A stretch of 64,000 nucleotides of DNA from an uncultured Gemmatimonadales bacterium. Its GTDB lineage: Bacteria; Gemmatimonadota; Gemmatimonadetes; Gemmatimonadales; GWC2-71-9. A model generated the notes under the pieces. That model was not told the origin of the DNA and did not search any database. It was given only the letters and a program-made list of their open reading frames with translations. Where the stretch lies: NCBI GenBank assembly GCA_963728915.1, contig CAVSLV010000004.1, positions 1 to 64,000 on the forward strand, in the 5' to 3' direction. Each line of letters starts with the position of its first letter. Positions within the stretch are counted from its first letter, which is position 1. Shown piece by piece: positions 47,166 through 56,720 of the stretch. A program made the position numbers and the translations under genes.

Positions 47166-50100
47166 CTATGGTTTCCAGATCGGCAGCCGGCCCGGGGTCC
47201 ACGGGACCCCGGCCAGCTCCGCGTCGTTCTCGAGCTGGCGCAGATCGCCGAGCGCCGCCTCGAGCCTGGGCAGGAACTGGGCGAGCTGCCCGGAGGCGAT
47301 GTCGTAGTTCCGCCGGTGGGTCGCGGTCGGAGCCTGCATGGTGGACCAGGTATTTCCCACTACCCGCTGCACCCGGTCGAGCAGGGTCGGCGGGGTCGGC
47401 TCCTGGTGGGACTCGATCACCGGATCACCGCTCAATTCCACCCGTAGACCACGGAGCGTCTCGACGAGGGCGCGGCCTCGATCGGTGAGCGTCCTGGGCG
47501 CGCCGGCGGTGTTGTCGATCGCGCGCCGGAGCAGCGCGAGCCGGCTCTCTGCTTCTCCCAGACTGGCGTTGGTCCCCAGCGCGGCCCGCTGCAACCGGGC
47601 GGTCTGACGGTGGAACTCCGCCACGGCCGCGCGGTCTGCCGGGGAGAGCGGCGGCTGGCCGAGCGGCACCACGGTGAACTTCTGGGTGCCGACCGCTTCT
47701 TCCCGTCCTCCCTGGCGGATCGTCAGGGAAACCGAATAGCCACCCGGCGGGACCATCGGACCCCGGGGACCGAAGCCTCCACCTTCCTCTTCGTCGTCGC
47801 CACCCCGGGCCGGGGCCGCGCTGGTGACCGGGTTAGGCGGCGGGTAGCGAAAATCCCAGGAGATCCGATGGAATCCCGCGCCGGTCGGCCCGGTCAGCCG
47901 TCGAATGAGGTTCCCCTGCTCGTCGCTCACCGTGAGGATGACCGCGGGGGCCTCCTCGCGCTCCTCGGCGCGCAGGGTGTCCCAGGGGGGCACCGGGACA
48001 TCCTGACCCTTCCCCGCGATGGTTTTTTCCGCGGCCTGTCGGCGCGCTCGTGAGGAACGCAGCGCATTCCGCAGGAACCAGGTGAAGGTGGCGCCGTATT
48101 CAGGGTTCTTCGCGGTGTAGAGGGCGTCGCCCTGGGCTCCCCGCGGCCCGCCACCCAGCGGGCTCGCGGGGACGTAGATCTCGGCGGGTGGAACCGGGAG
48201 GAGCGCCACGCGCTGCTCGACGGTTCGGGCGGCCTCACGGAGCGGGGAATAGTCATCCACGATCCAGAAGCCCCGGCCGAATGTGGCCAGCACCAGGTCG
48301 TTGTTCTTCCGGTGAATGGTGATCTCCCGCACCGGGATGGTCGGGAGGCCGTCGAGCTTGATCCACTTCTTCCCGCCATCCACCGTGAAGAACGCGCCGA
48401 ACTCGGTCCCCACGAAAAGGAGATCGGGGTTCATGTGGTCCTCGGCGATCGTCCAGACCGAGCCCCGGTCGGGAAGGTTCCCCACGATGGAGGTCCAGCT
48501 CTTCCCCCCATCGGTGCTCTTCAGGAGATACGGTTTGAAGTCACCCGCCTTCATGTTGTTGAATCCGGCGTAGACCGTATTCACCGCGTGGCGCGATGCG
48601 GCGACGGTGGACACGAACGTCATCTCGGGGACGCCGGGGAAGGTCTCGATCTTTCGCCAGGTGGTCCCGCCATTCTCCGAGACGTGCATCAAGCCGTCAT
48701 CGGTTCCCACATACAGGAATCCTTCCTTGACCGGCGATTCCGCGATCGAGACGATCTCGCCGAAGAACGAGGTGGAGCTGTTCTTGGCGATCGCGTCCAT
48801 GCTCCACACCCGTCCCATCATCTGGAGCGTGTTGCGATCGACCTGCCGGCTCAGGTCGGGACTCACCGCCCGCCAGCTGTCCCCCCGGTCGTCCGAGCGG
48901 TACAGTCGCTGGGCCCCGAAGTAGAGTCGGGTGTGGGAATGAGAGCTGATCATCAGGGGCGAGTCCCAGTTCCATCGCAACGCCGGCTCGCCCGGCTCGG
49001 GCTGGGGCTGGATCCCGATCCGGTCTCCGGTGCGCCGGTCGAACCGAACCATCTCGCCGTGCTGCGATTCGGCGTAGAGGATGTTCGAGTCCTCGGGGTC
49101 GATCCGGGAAGTGAAGCCGTCCCCGCCGGTGGTGATGAACCAGTCGGCGTTGGCGATGCCGTGGGAGTTCACCGTGCCCGATGGACCGCAGACCGAGTTG
49201 TTGTCCTGGGTGCCGCCGCAGACGAGATAGAAGGGACTCTCGGACTGGGCCACATCCACTCGGTAGAACTGCACCAGGGGGAGGTTCGCGACGTAGCTCC
49301 AGGTGCTGCCCCGGTCGAAGGACTGATACAGGCCGCCGTCGTTCCCGTTGATCAGGTGGTCGGTGTCGTCCGGGTCGATCCACAGGGCGTGATTGTCCAC
49401 GTGGGTCGAGCGACCCTGGATCGAGTGAAAGGTGCGCCCGCCATCCTCGGTCACCATGAGCCGGACGTCCATCGAGTACACCCGATCGGGGTCCTTGGGA
49501 TCGGGATACAGCTTGTGGTAGTAGAACGGCGGCCCGGCGGTGGTCGGGCTCATCTTCTCCCAGTTCTGTCCCCCATCCACCGAGCGAAAGAACCCTCCGG
49601 CCCGATTGGCCGCTTCGACGATGGCGTACACGATGTTCCCGTTGCTGGGAGCCACGGCGAGCCCGATCTTGCCCAGCTCCTCGCTGGGGATTCCCCGGGT
49701 GAGCTTGGTCCAGGTCGCGCCGGCATCGGTGGACTTCCAGATCGCCGAGCCGGGCCCGCCGTCGATGAACCCCCACTGCCTTCGGGCTCGCTGGTAGGTC
49801 GTCGCGAAGAGGACGTCGGGGTTCCGGGGATCGAACGCGAGATCGTAGGCGCCGGTCCATTCATCGCCCTTGAGCGACTGGGTCCAGGTTTTCCCTCCGT
49901 CGCCGGTCCTGTAGACGCCCCGGTCGCCGCCGCCCGACCAGAGCGGCCCCATCGCCGATACATAGACCACTGAAGTATTCCGGGGATCGATCAGAATCCG
50001 GCCGATGTGGGCCGAATTCTTGAGGCCGACGTTGTTCCAGGTCTTGCCGCCGTCGGTGGACTTGTACACCCCGTCGCCGTAGCCCACGCTGCGCTGGCTG

Positions 50101-50516
50101 TTGTTCTCCCCGGTCCCGACCCAGATCACCAGCGGGTCCCTGGGATCCACCGCCACCGTCCCGATCGAATAGGAGCCCTGGGCATCGAACACCGGGGTCC
50201 AGGTGGTCCCGGCATTGACGGTCTTCCATAACCCGCCTGAGTGGACCGCGACGTACCAGGTGTTCGGGTCCGACCGGGGGACCGCAACCTCCCCGATCCG
50301 CCCCGACGGAGCCGCCGGTCCGATGTTGCGGGGCCGGAAGGCGGTGAAGAGGCCGGGCCGGAGCCGGTCGGTGGTATCGGCCTTGTTCTGGGAGTCGCCC
50401 GGGAACGCGACCACCGGGCGAGGGAACGGCTGGGGGCGAGGAGGAGTGACCTGCGCGGTGATGCCGGATGGGACCAGCGCGGCGAGGCACGAGACCAAGG
50501 TGTTCCGGAACGACAT
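47166..50516 (-). CDS. Second secreted VPS10/BNR repeat protein (paralogue of 3406-6645)
   Basis: RNIGP..SGRI, VGTGE, many SxDGGxTW boxes, ATFGRGFWI.DD.SPLR. Confidence 0.9.
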   Translation of the reverse strand: MSFRNTLVSCLAALVPSGITAQVTPPRPQPFPRPVVAFPGDSQNKADTTDRLRPGLFTAFRPRNIGPAAPSGRIGEVAVPRSDPNTWYVAVHSGGLWKTVNAGTTWTPVFDAQGSYSIGTVAVDPRDPLVIWVGTGENNSQRSVGYGDGVYKSTDGGKTWNNVGLKNSAHIGRILIDPRNTSVVYVSAMGPLWSGGGDRGVYRTGDGGKTWTQSLKGDEWTGAYDLAFDPRNPDVLFATTYQRARRQWGFIDGGPGSAIWKSTDAGATWTKLTRGIPSEELGKIGLAVAPSNGNIVYAIVEAANRAGGFFRSVDGGQNWEKMSPTTAGPPFYYHKLYPDPKDPDRVYSMDVRLMVTEDGGRTFHSIQGRSTHVDNHALWIDPDDTDHLINGNDGGLYQSFDRGSTWSYVANLPLVQFYRVDVAQSESPFYLVCGGTQDNNSVCGPSGTVNSHGIANADWFITTGGDGFTSRIDPEDSNILYAESQHGEMVRFDRRTGDRIGIQPQPEPGEPALRWNWDSPLMISSHSHTRLYFGAQRLYRSDDRGDSWRAVSPDLSRQVDRNTLQMMGRVWSMDAIAKNSSTSFFGEIVSIAESPVKEGFLYVGTDDGLMHVSENGGTTWRKIETFPGVPEMTFVSTVAASRHAVNTVYAGFNNMKAGDFKPYLLKSTDGGKSWTSIVGNLPDRGSVWTIAEDHMNPDLLFVGTEFGAFFTVDGGKKWIKLDGLPTIPVREITIHRKNNDLVLATFGRGFWIVDDYSPLREAARTVEQRVALLPVPPAEIYVPASPLGGGPRGAQGDALYTAKNPEYGATFTWFLRNALRSSRARRQAAEKTIAGKGQDVPVPPWDTLRAEEREEAPAVILTVSDEQGNLIRRLTGPTGAGFHRISWDFRYPPPNPVTSAAPARGGDDEEEGGGFGPRGPMVPPGGYSVSLTIRQGGREEAVGTQKFTVVPLGQPPLSPADRAAVAEFHRQTARLQRAALGTNASLGEAESRLALLRRAIDNTAGAPRTLTDRGRALVETLRGLRVELSGDPVIESHQEPTPPTLLDRVQRVVGNTWSTMQAPTATHRRNYDIASGQLAQFLPRLEAALGDLRQLENDAELAGVPWTPGRLPIWKP

Positions 50517-50623
50517 GAGCACGTCCTGGTGGGTTGAGAATGACCGGAGCAGCATTCCTACGATAGCGCGATCCGCGGGGCTTCGCTATCGCAATCCGGG
50601 CTCGACGCGTACGTTTGCGGGTC

Positions 50624-51952
50624 ATGCCCCTCCGTCGCGAGCTGGGACTCCTCGACGCCACGATGATCAACGTCGGCACGATCATCGGGTCTTCGATTTT
50701 CATCGTCCCCGCGGCGATCGCCGCCGCCTTCACGGCTTCGGCGCCCACCGTCCTGGTCTGGATCGCCGGCGCGCTGGTCTCCCTCTGCGGCGCGCTCTGC
50801 GTCGCGGAGCTCGGCGCCGCGATGCCGGAAGCCGGGGGCCAGTATGCCTACCTGGAACGGGCCTATGGACCGGTCTGGGGATATCTCTATGGATGGGGCG
50901 CGGCGGTCATCATCAATCCCGCTTCCATCGCGGCGGTCGGCGTGGGGTTCGCCACCTACCTGGGGTTCTTCGTTCCGCTCGGGGGCGGGGGGATCAAGCT
51001 GGTGGCCGCCGGGTCCATCCTGCTCCTGACCTTCCTCAACTACTTCGGGCTCCGCACCGGCGCGTTCACCCAGAACCTGCTCACCCTGGTCAAGATCGCC
51101 GCGGTGATCGGGCTGATTCTCGCCTGCTTTCTGCTGCCGGGGGGCCGGGCCGGCAACTTTCAGCCCCTCTGGCCCTCCGAAGGTCTGGGCTCCCTGGTCG
51201 CTCCGTTCGGGGTCGCGATGCTCGGCGTGCTCTTCGCCTTCGATGGGTGGATCGAAGTCACCTATGTGGGCAGCGAAGTGAAGGACCCCGGCCGCCTCAT
51301 GCCGCGCTCGATCATTTACTCCACCGTCCTCGTGGCGGTGCTGTACATCGGCGTTTCGCTGGCGGTGCTGTACGTGCTGGGGCAGTCGGCGACGGCCCAG
51401 TCGTCTCTGGTGGCCGCCGACGCGATGCGGGTCGTGCTGGGCGCGGCGGGCGCCGGACTGATCACGGTGGCCGTGCTGGTTTCGACGGCCGGCTCGAACA
51501 ACGGGATGATCTTCACCGCCGCGCGGATTCCCTACGCCATGGCGGCGGAGGGCCGGTTCTTTCCCTGGGCCGCGCGGGTCCATCCCCGCTACCAGGCGCC
51601 CAATGTGGTCCTGGTGGTGCAGGGGATCTGGTGCGCGATCCTGGCGCTCTCGGGGACCTACATCCAGCTCGCGGGTTATGTCGTGTTCGTCTCGTTTCTC
51701 TTCTACGCCCTCTCCTGCGGGGCCGTCCTGCTGCTGCGCCGGCGGGAACCCGCGATGGACCGGCCCTACCGGGCCTGGGGCTATCCGGTGACCCCGGTGG
51801 TGTTCATCGGGTTCTCCCTCTATCTCATCGTCAACACCATCATCGCCCAGCCCCTCGATTCGGCCATCGGACTCGGACTGCTCCTGATCGGCCTCCCGGT
51901 GTACTGGTACTGTCGCGCCCGGTATCCGCAACCATCCCGCGCCACCGGATAA
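50624..51952 (+). CDS. APC-family amino acid permease
   Basis: GTIIGSSIF, AELG..MPEAGG.Y, FAFDGW, RPYRAWGYP. Confidence 0.93.
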   Translation: MPLRRELGLLDATMINVGTIIGSSIFIVPAAIAAAFTASAPTVLVWIAGALVSLCGALCVAELGAAMPEAGGQYAYLERAYGPVWGYLYGWGAAVIINPASIAAVGVGFATYLGFFVPLGGGGIKLVAAGSILLLTFLNYFGLRTGAFTQNLLTLVKIAAVIGLILACFLLPGGRAGNFQPLWPSEGLGSLVAPFGVAMLGVLFAFDGWIEVTYVGSEVKDPGRLMPRSIIYSTVLVAVLYIGVSLAVLYVLGQSATAQSSLVAADAMRVVLGAAGAGLITVAVLVSTAGSNNGMIFTAARIPYAMAAEGRFFPWAARVHPRYQAPNVVLVVQGIWCAILALSGTYIQLAGYVVFVSFLFYALSCGAVLLLRRREPAMDRPYRAWGYPVTPVVFIGFSLYLIVNTIIAQPLDSAIGLGLLLIGLPVYWYCRARYPQPSRATG

Positions 51953-51957
51953 ACCCC

Positions 51958-52395
51958 ATGCCCGAACCCTCCGTGCAGACCTACGCCAATCATCGCCGCT
52001 TGCTGCTCCCCTGGCATTTCTTCGTGATGCCGGTGATCGGCGCCCTGCTGGTGATTCAGATCGTGGAGCTGGTCCGGGTCCCGGGGCTCGGGTCGCTGTG
52101 GAGCTTCGTGGTCACCCTGGCCCTCTTCACGGGGTTCCTCTCGGCGCGCTGGATGGCGCTTCGGGTCCAGGATCGGCTGGTTCGGCTGGAGGAACGGCTG
52201 CGACTCGAGCGGCTGCTTCCGGAACGCGGGGAGGAGATCGAACGGTTGACGCTGCGTCAGTTGATCGGGTTGCGCTTCGCCTCGGACGCCGAAGTGCCCC
52301 CTCTGGTGGACCGGATCCTCGCCGGTGAGCTGGTTCGCGCACGCGACGTCAAGAAGGCGGTCCAGCACTGGAGGCCGGACCACCTTCGGGTGTAG
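51958..52395 (+). CDS. DUF6526-like membrane protein
   Basis: QTYANH...HFF...QDRLVRLEE.LR...QLIGLRFASD.E...W.PD..RV. Confidence 0.8.
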   Translation: MPEPSVQTYANHRRLLLPWHFFVMPVIGALLVIQIVELVRVPGLGSLWSFVVTLALFTGFLSARWMALRVQDRLVRLEERLRLERLLPERGEEIERLTLRQLIGLRFASDAEVPPLVDRILAGELVRARDVKKAVQHWRPDHLRV

Positions 52396-52407
52396 GGAGC
52401 GCGCGAC

Positions 52408-53238
52408 CTACTGGGGCAGCTTGGCGAGCGCGTCCTTGACGGCCTGGCTGTTCTGGTGCCGCTGGAGCAGTCCCTGCAGCACCGCCCGGGCGCTGTCGGG
52501 CTGACCGGCGGCGACCCAGGCCTCCGATTGCAACAGCCCGTGCCGCACGTCGTATCGGCTGTCGCCTGGCGTCCGCAGCGAATCGAGCATCGCGATCGCC
52601 GCTGCCGGCTCGTGACGGTCTCGAATGAGGGACTCCGCCTGGAGCAGCCGTACGGTGGTATCCGCCGGCCGGGTCCGGGCCAGCTCATCGATCAGGCGTG
52701 CCGCGGTTTCCGACTGTCCGGAATCCCGGGCTGCGCGCGAGGCGTGATAGAGGCCCGCGACGAGCAGGTTGGTGATGTCGGAGACATTCCCAGAGCGGGT
52801 GCCGATGCCGCCGGCATAGTTATAAACCAGGTCCCCGCCGTGCTCGCTGGCTTCATAGACCACGGCCACCGCGCCGATGCCGGCCGCCGCCGCCACGAAT
52901 TGAAGGGCCCTCCCGCCGCTCCTTCCGGTGAGCGCGAGGGTAAGCACCTCGAGACCCGCCAGAGCCAGGAAGGCGTTCCGGGCGCGATGGCCCCATTCCT
53001 CGTGCTCCTGCACCGCCTCGCGCGCACCGGGGATCCGCTCGGTGATGCCGTGGGCCTCGGTTCCGGATTTGACCGCGACCACCGAAGCGCCCGCGGCGAT
53101 CAGAATCAGGACGGTCGCCGCGGGGTTGAGCCAGGAACGTTTCCAGAACAGAGAGCCGAGACGAAACAGGACCCCGACAATGCCGAGGGCGACGACGAAG
53201 TGAACGACCTGGGGATGGAGAGGGCCGATGTTGGGCAT
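52408..53238 (-). CDS. DUF2231-like membrane protein with a C-terminal TPR-like region
   Basis: LHPQVVHF, HEEWG, HGGDLVY; helical C-terminus. Confidence 0.8.
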   Translation of the reverse strand: MPNIGPLHPQVVHFVVALGIVGVLFRLGSLFWKRSWLNPAATVLILIAAGASVVAVKSGTEAHGITERIPGAREAVQEHEEWGHRARNAFLALAGLEVLTLALTGRSGGRALQFVAAAAGIGAVAVVYEASEHGGDLVYNYAGGIGTRSGNVSDITNLLVAGLYHASRAARDSGQSETAARLIDELARTRPADTTVRLLQAESLIRDRHEPAAAIAMLDSLRTPGDSRYDVRHGLLQSEAWVAAGQPDSARAVLQGLLQRHQNSQAVKDALAKLPQ

Positions 53239-53257
53239 ACCGTTGGGGCTCCGTGGT

Positions 53258-54202
53258 TCAGTATCCGAGACTCAATTCTACTGCAAGCCGGGGTTTTCGT
53301 CCTGCCTCCACGTCGGTGAGGCACTCAAGAAATCCTTCGCCCGCTCCCGGAATGGTGGTGAGTCCCGACACGTGGGGCGAGATGGTGACCCGGGGGTCGC
53401 TCCAGAGCGGGGAATCGGGAGGCGGGGGCTCCCGCTCGAAGACGTCCAGCGCACAGCCGGCGAGCGCGCCGGACTCCAGAGCCTCGGGGAGCGCGGCTTC
53501 CTCGATGAGCGGTCCGCGGCCCACGTTGATCAGGTAGACTCCGCCGCAGCCGAGCAGGCGCTTGCGGTCCAGGAAATGGAAGGTTTCTTCCGTCAGGGGA
53601 CAGGCCAGCATGAGCCAGCGGGCTCCTGCCACGGCTTCGGTGAAGCGGTCGGCCGGGAACACGGACGCGAACGGATCGCGGGGGCGCCCGCTTCGGGAGA
53701 TTCCATCGATTCGAGCCCCGAGAGGGCGAAAACAGGTGGCGATGCCCCGGCCGACCGCGCCGGTTCCCAGGATCACCCCCCGGGTTCCCCGGAGCGACTC
53801 GGGATGCAACGGTTCCCAGCGGCGGGCCGCCTGGTCCGTCGCAAAGCGGGTTAACCGCTGGGTCAGCGCGAGCGCGCGGGCCAGGCAGTATTCCCCGATC
53901 ATGGGCCCGAAGTCTTCCGAGGTGCGGGTGAGCAGCGTGCCGGGCGAAAGCCCGGTCCGGAAGGCGAAGGCGTCGACGCCCGCGCCGATGCAGTGAATCC
54001 ACCGCAGGGTGCGCCAGGGACCCTGGCGGGGCGGTCGGAAGCCGACGAACACTTCGGCCCAGGCCACATCGTCCGCGGTGATGTTGCCGGCGTCGAGGGC
54101 GCGCAGCTCGAGGTCGGGCCGGCGCTGGGCCAGGTAGTCCCCCAGCCCTTCATGGAGCGAATGGGAGATCAGGATGCGCTTGGGGAACCAGGGAGCCGGC
54201 AT
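53258..54202 (-). CDS. D-2-hydroxyacid dehydrogenase family protein
   Basis: GAGVD, GTGAVG, PLTEET, NVGRG, LDVF..EP, SPHVSG. Confidence 0.92.
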   Translation of the reverse strand: MPAPWFPKRILISHSLHEGLGDYLAQRRPDLELRALDAGNITADDVAWAEVFVGFRPPRQGPWRTLRWIHCIGAGVDAFAFRTGLSPGTLLTRTSEDFGPMIGEYCLARALALTQRLTRFATDQAARRWEPLHPESLRGTRGVILGTGAVGRGIATCFRPLGARIDGISRSGRPRDPFASVFPADRFTEAVAGARWLMLACPLTEETFHFLDRKRLLGCGGVYLINVGRGPLIEEAALPEALESGALAGCALDVFEREPPPPDSPLWSDPRVTISPHVSGLTTIPGAGEGFLECLTDVEAGRKPRLAVELSLGY

Positions 54203-55394
54203 GCCGCCGGAAAATAGCGCCCGCGCCGGGTCGCGCCTCCGGGTCCTGCTCGGGGCCGCGTTCCTCATGGCGACCTCCGCGATCGGTCCTGGCTTCCTCA
54301 CCCAGACCGTGGTCTTCACCCAGGCGCTGGGGGCGAGCTTCGGCTTCGCCATCCTGGTCTCGGTGCTCTGCGACCTCGGGGCGCAGCTCAACATCTGGCG
54401 GGTGATCGTGGCGTCGCGGCTGCCGGCCCAGCCGCTGCTCGACCGGGTGGTGCCCAACCTGGGCAAGCTGCTGGCGGTGCTGGTGGCTGCCGGCGGCCTC
54501 GCCTTCAACATCGGGAACGTGGCGGGCGCCGGGTTAGGATTGAATGCGCTGATCGGCATCGATGCCCGGCTGGGGGCCGTGCTCTCCGCCCTGGTGGCGA
54601 TCGGCATCTTTCTCTCCCGGGAGGCCGGCCGCGCCATGGACCGGTTCGCCCAGCTCATGGGGGCGATCATGGTCCTGGTCACCGTGTACGTGGCGGTGGC
54701 GGCGCGGCCTCCCCTCGGGGAGGCTTTCCTCCGGACCGTGGCCCCGGAGCGGCTCGACCTGCTCAGCATTCTCACCATCGTGGGCGGCACCGTGGGCGGA
54801 TACATCACCTTCGCCGGGGCGCACCGGCTGCTCGATGCCGGGGTCGCCGGTCCGGAGCGGGTTGGCGCCGCCACTCGATCCGCGCTGGCCGGCATCGGCG
54901 TCGCGAGCCTGATGCGGGTGATGCTCTTCCTGGCCGCCCTCGCGGTGGTCAGCCGCGGCCAGGCGCTGGATCCCGCCAACCCGCCGGCCTCGCTGTTTCG
55001 CATCGCGGCCGGCGAACCGGGATACCGGCTCTTCGGCGCCGTCATGTGGGCCGCCGCGGTCACCTCGGTGGTCGGATCGGCCTACACCTCGGTCTCGTTC
55101 CTGCGCACCCTGCGACTGGGATGGCAGGCGTTGAGCACCCCGCTCATCCTCGGGTTCATCATCGTGTCCACCATCGTGTTCCTGGTGATCGGGCGGCCGG
55201 TCGCCGTGCTCATCGCGGTGGGCGCCCTCAACGGCCTCATCCTGCCGTTCGGCCTCGGCGCGATCCTCCTCGCCACCAGGCAGCAGGGGTTGATGCACGG
55301 CTACCATCATCCCCGCCTTCTCACCGCGGCCGGCGTCCTGATCACGGTGGTGATGGCGTTCATGGGAGCCTACAGCATCGTTCAGATTTTTTGA
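54201..55394 (+). CDS. NRAMP-superfamily transporter (YcsG-like)
   Basis: GAAFLMATSAIGPGFLTQT, AFNIGNVAGAGLG, GGTVGGYITFAGAHRL. Confidence 0.9.
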   Translation: MPPENSARAGSRLRVLLGAAFLMATSAIGPGFLTQTVVFTQALGASFGFAILVSVLCDLGAQLNIWRVIVASRLPAQPLLDRVVPNLGKLLAVLVAAGGLAFNIGNVAGAGLGLNALIGIDARLGAVLSALVAIGIFLSREAGRAMDRFAQLMGAIMVLVTVYVAVAARPPLGEAFLRTVAPERLDLLSILTIVGGTVGGYITFAGAHRLLDAGVAGPERVGAATRSALAGIGVASLMRVMLFLAALAVVSRGQALDPANPPASLFRIAAGEPGYRLFGAVMWAAAVTSVVGSAYTSVSFLRTLRLGWQALSTPLILGFIIVSTIVFLVIGRPVAVLIAVGALNGLILPFGLGAILLATRQQGLMHGYHHPRLLTAAGVLITVVMAFMGAYSIVQIF

Positions 55395-55407
55395 CGTGCC
55401 GAGCTGA

Positions 55408-55878
55408 TCAGCGGCGAGCGTAAACCGTCGTCTTGCCTGCCTTGTCGAACGCGATCACGTCGTAGGGATCCCTGGTGGCCCCCTCCATCCCGGGGGACCC
55501 GGTCACCATGCCGGGAACCGCGAGACCGGCCAATCCGGGTTTTTCGGCGAGCATCTTCTTGATCAGGTCGGCCGGCACGTGGCCCTCCACCAGATATCCG
55601 CCCACCAGCGCGGTGTGGCAGGAGACGAGGGTGTTGCCGATCCCGTAGCGTTTCTTGATGGCGGCCATGTCGGTGGTGTGTTGCACCGTGGTCGTGAATC
55701 CCGCGCCGCCCATCAGGGTGATCCACTTGCCGCAGCATCCACAGCCGGGATCCGCATAGACCAGCATCGGAATGGGGGTGGCCGGGTCGATGAGCGCCGC
55801 GCCTCGCCGGGTCAGCGCCAGCATCAGGCCTCCGGCCGCTCCACCCGCCAGGAACTGCCTTCGAGTGACCCCTTTCAC
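55408..55878 (-). CDS. Tat-exported DUF411 metal-binding protein
   Basis: TRRQFL Tat motif, CGCC, SCHTA, EGHVP, GLAVPGM..GSPGM. Confidence 0.9.
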   Translation of the reverse strand: MKGVTRRQFLAGGAAGGLMLALTRRGAALIDPATPIPMLVYADPGCGCCGKWITLMGGAGFTTTVQHTTDMAAIKKRYGIGNTLVSCHTALVGGYLVEGHVPADLIKKMLAEKPGLAGLAVPGMVTGSPGMEGATRDPYDVIAFDKAGKTTVYARR

Positions 55879-56639
55879 TTCGTCCATACGATCACCAGCC
55901 CGCACTGGGCAGAAGAGGTTATATAGCCGAACGACGACCCGCCTCCCCGATAGAATTCGAGCGCCTCCACCTCATCAGGATCGAACTCGTAGAGCGCTCT
56001 TCCCCGGAATGGCCGGGCCCCGTTGACGGAAACGTACGGATAGGCCTGGGGGTCCTGCATCCATCGACCCGAAGCGCTGGCCTGCTGCCACACCCAGCTT
56101 TCGTATGGCGCACAGGACGCTCCTCCACCCGGGACCGCGCTCCGCGGGCCAGTCTGGACCAGGAAGTTCGCCAGCACCGCCCCGAGCTGCGGTTCGCCGG
56201 ACTGCTGGATATCATCGCGGGTCAGAAACACTCCATCCAGACTGGCCTTCATCCGGTCGACAAAGGCGCGATCCAGGCTGTCGAGCTGGGCGGCCTGGCG
56301 CCGTGCAACGATTTCCGACGCAGGTTCCAGATGAAACTCCAGAACCCGCTCGGCATCCGGCTTCAACGTGATCGCTTTGCGCGCCGGCTCGACTCCTCCG
56401 CCGGTGACCGTGACCCAGTAGCGACCGGGCTTGAGACCCTCGAAACGAAAACTCCCATCCGCCCGGGTCTCCATGCTGATGCCGAGTCCGCGGATTTCGA
56501 CCCGCGCCCCCTCCACCGATTCACCTTTTTCGGTTTGAACTGTGCCGCGGACTGCCGGGGTCCCGGCGGCCTGGGCAACTAACGTCCCCTGCACCAGCAG
56601 CGACCCCAATCCCAAACCTGCGAGCTGTGCGAATCTCAT
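55875..56639 (-). CDS. Secreted carboxypeptidase-regulatory-like domain plus TonB plug-like domain, no barrel
   Basis: V.GTV...GE.VEGA.V...T.ADG.F.F.GL.PG.Y; FLTRDDI...PDEVEALEFYRG...CGLVIVWTK. Confidence 0.75.
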   Translation of the reverse strand: MRFAQLAGLGLGSLLVQGTLVAQAAGTPAVRGTVQTEKGESVEGARVEIRGLGISMETRADGSFRFEGLKPGRYWVTVTGGGVEPARKAITLKPDAERVLEFHLEPASEIVARRQAAQLDSLDRAFVDRMKASLDGVFLTRDDIQQSGEPQLGAVLANFLVQTGPRSAVPGGGASCAPYESWVWQQASASGRWMQDPQAYPYVSVNGARPFRGRALYEFDPDEVEALEFYRGGGSSFGYITSSAQCGLVIVWTK

Positions 56640-56720
56640 CGGATGGCCCCCTCTTTCCCCTCCCCTTCGGGGATCGCCGGACTCTTCAAAAGTACCACAC
56701 CAGGGGTTGGTCGAAGAGTG

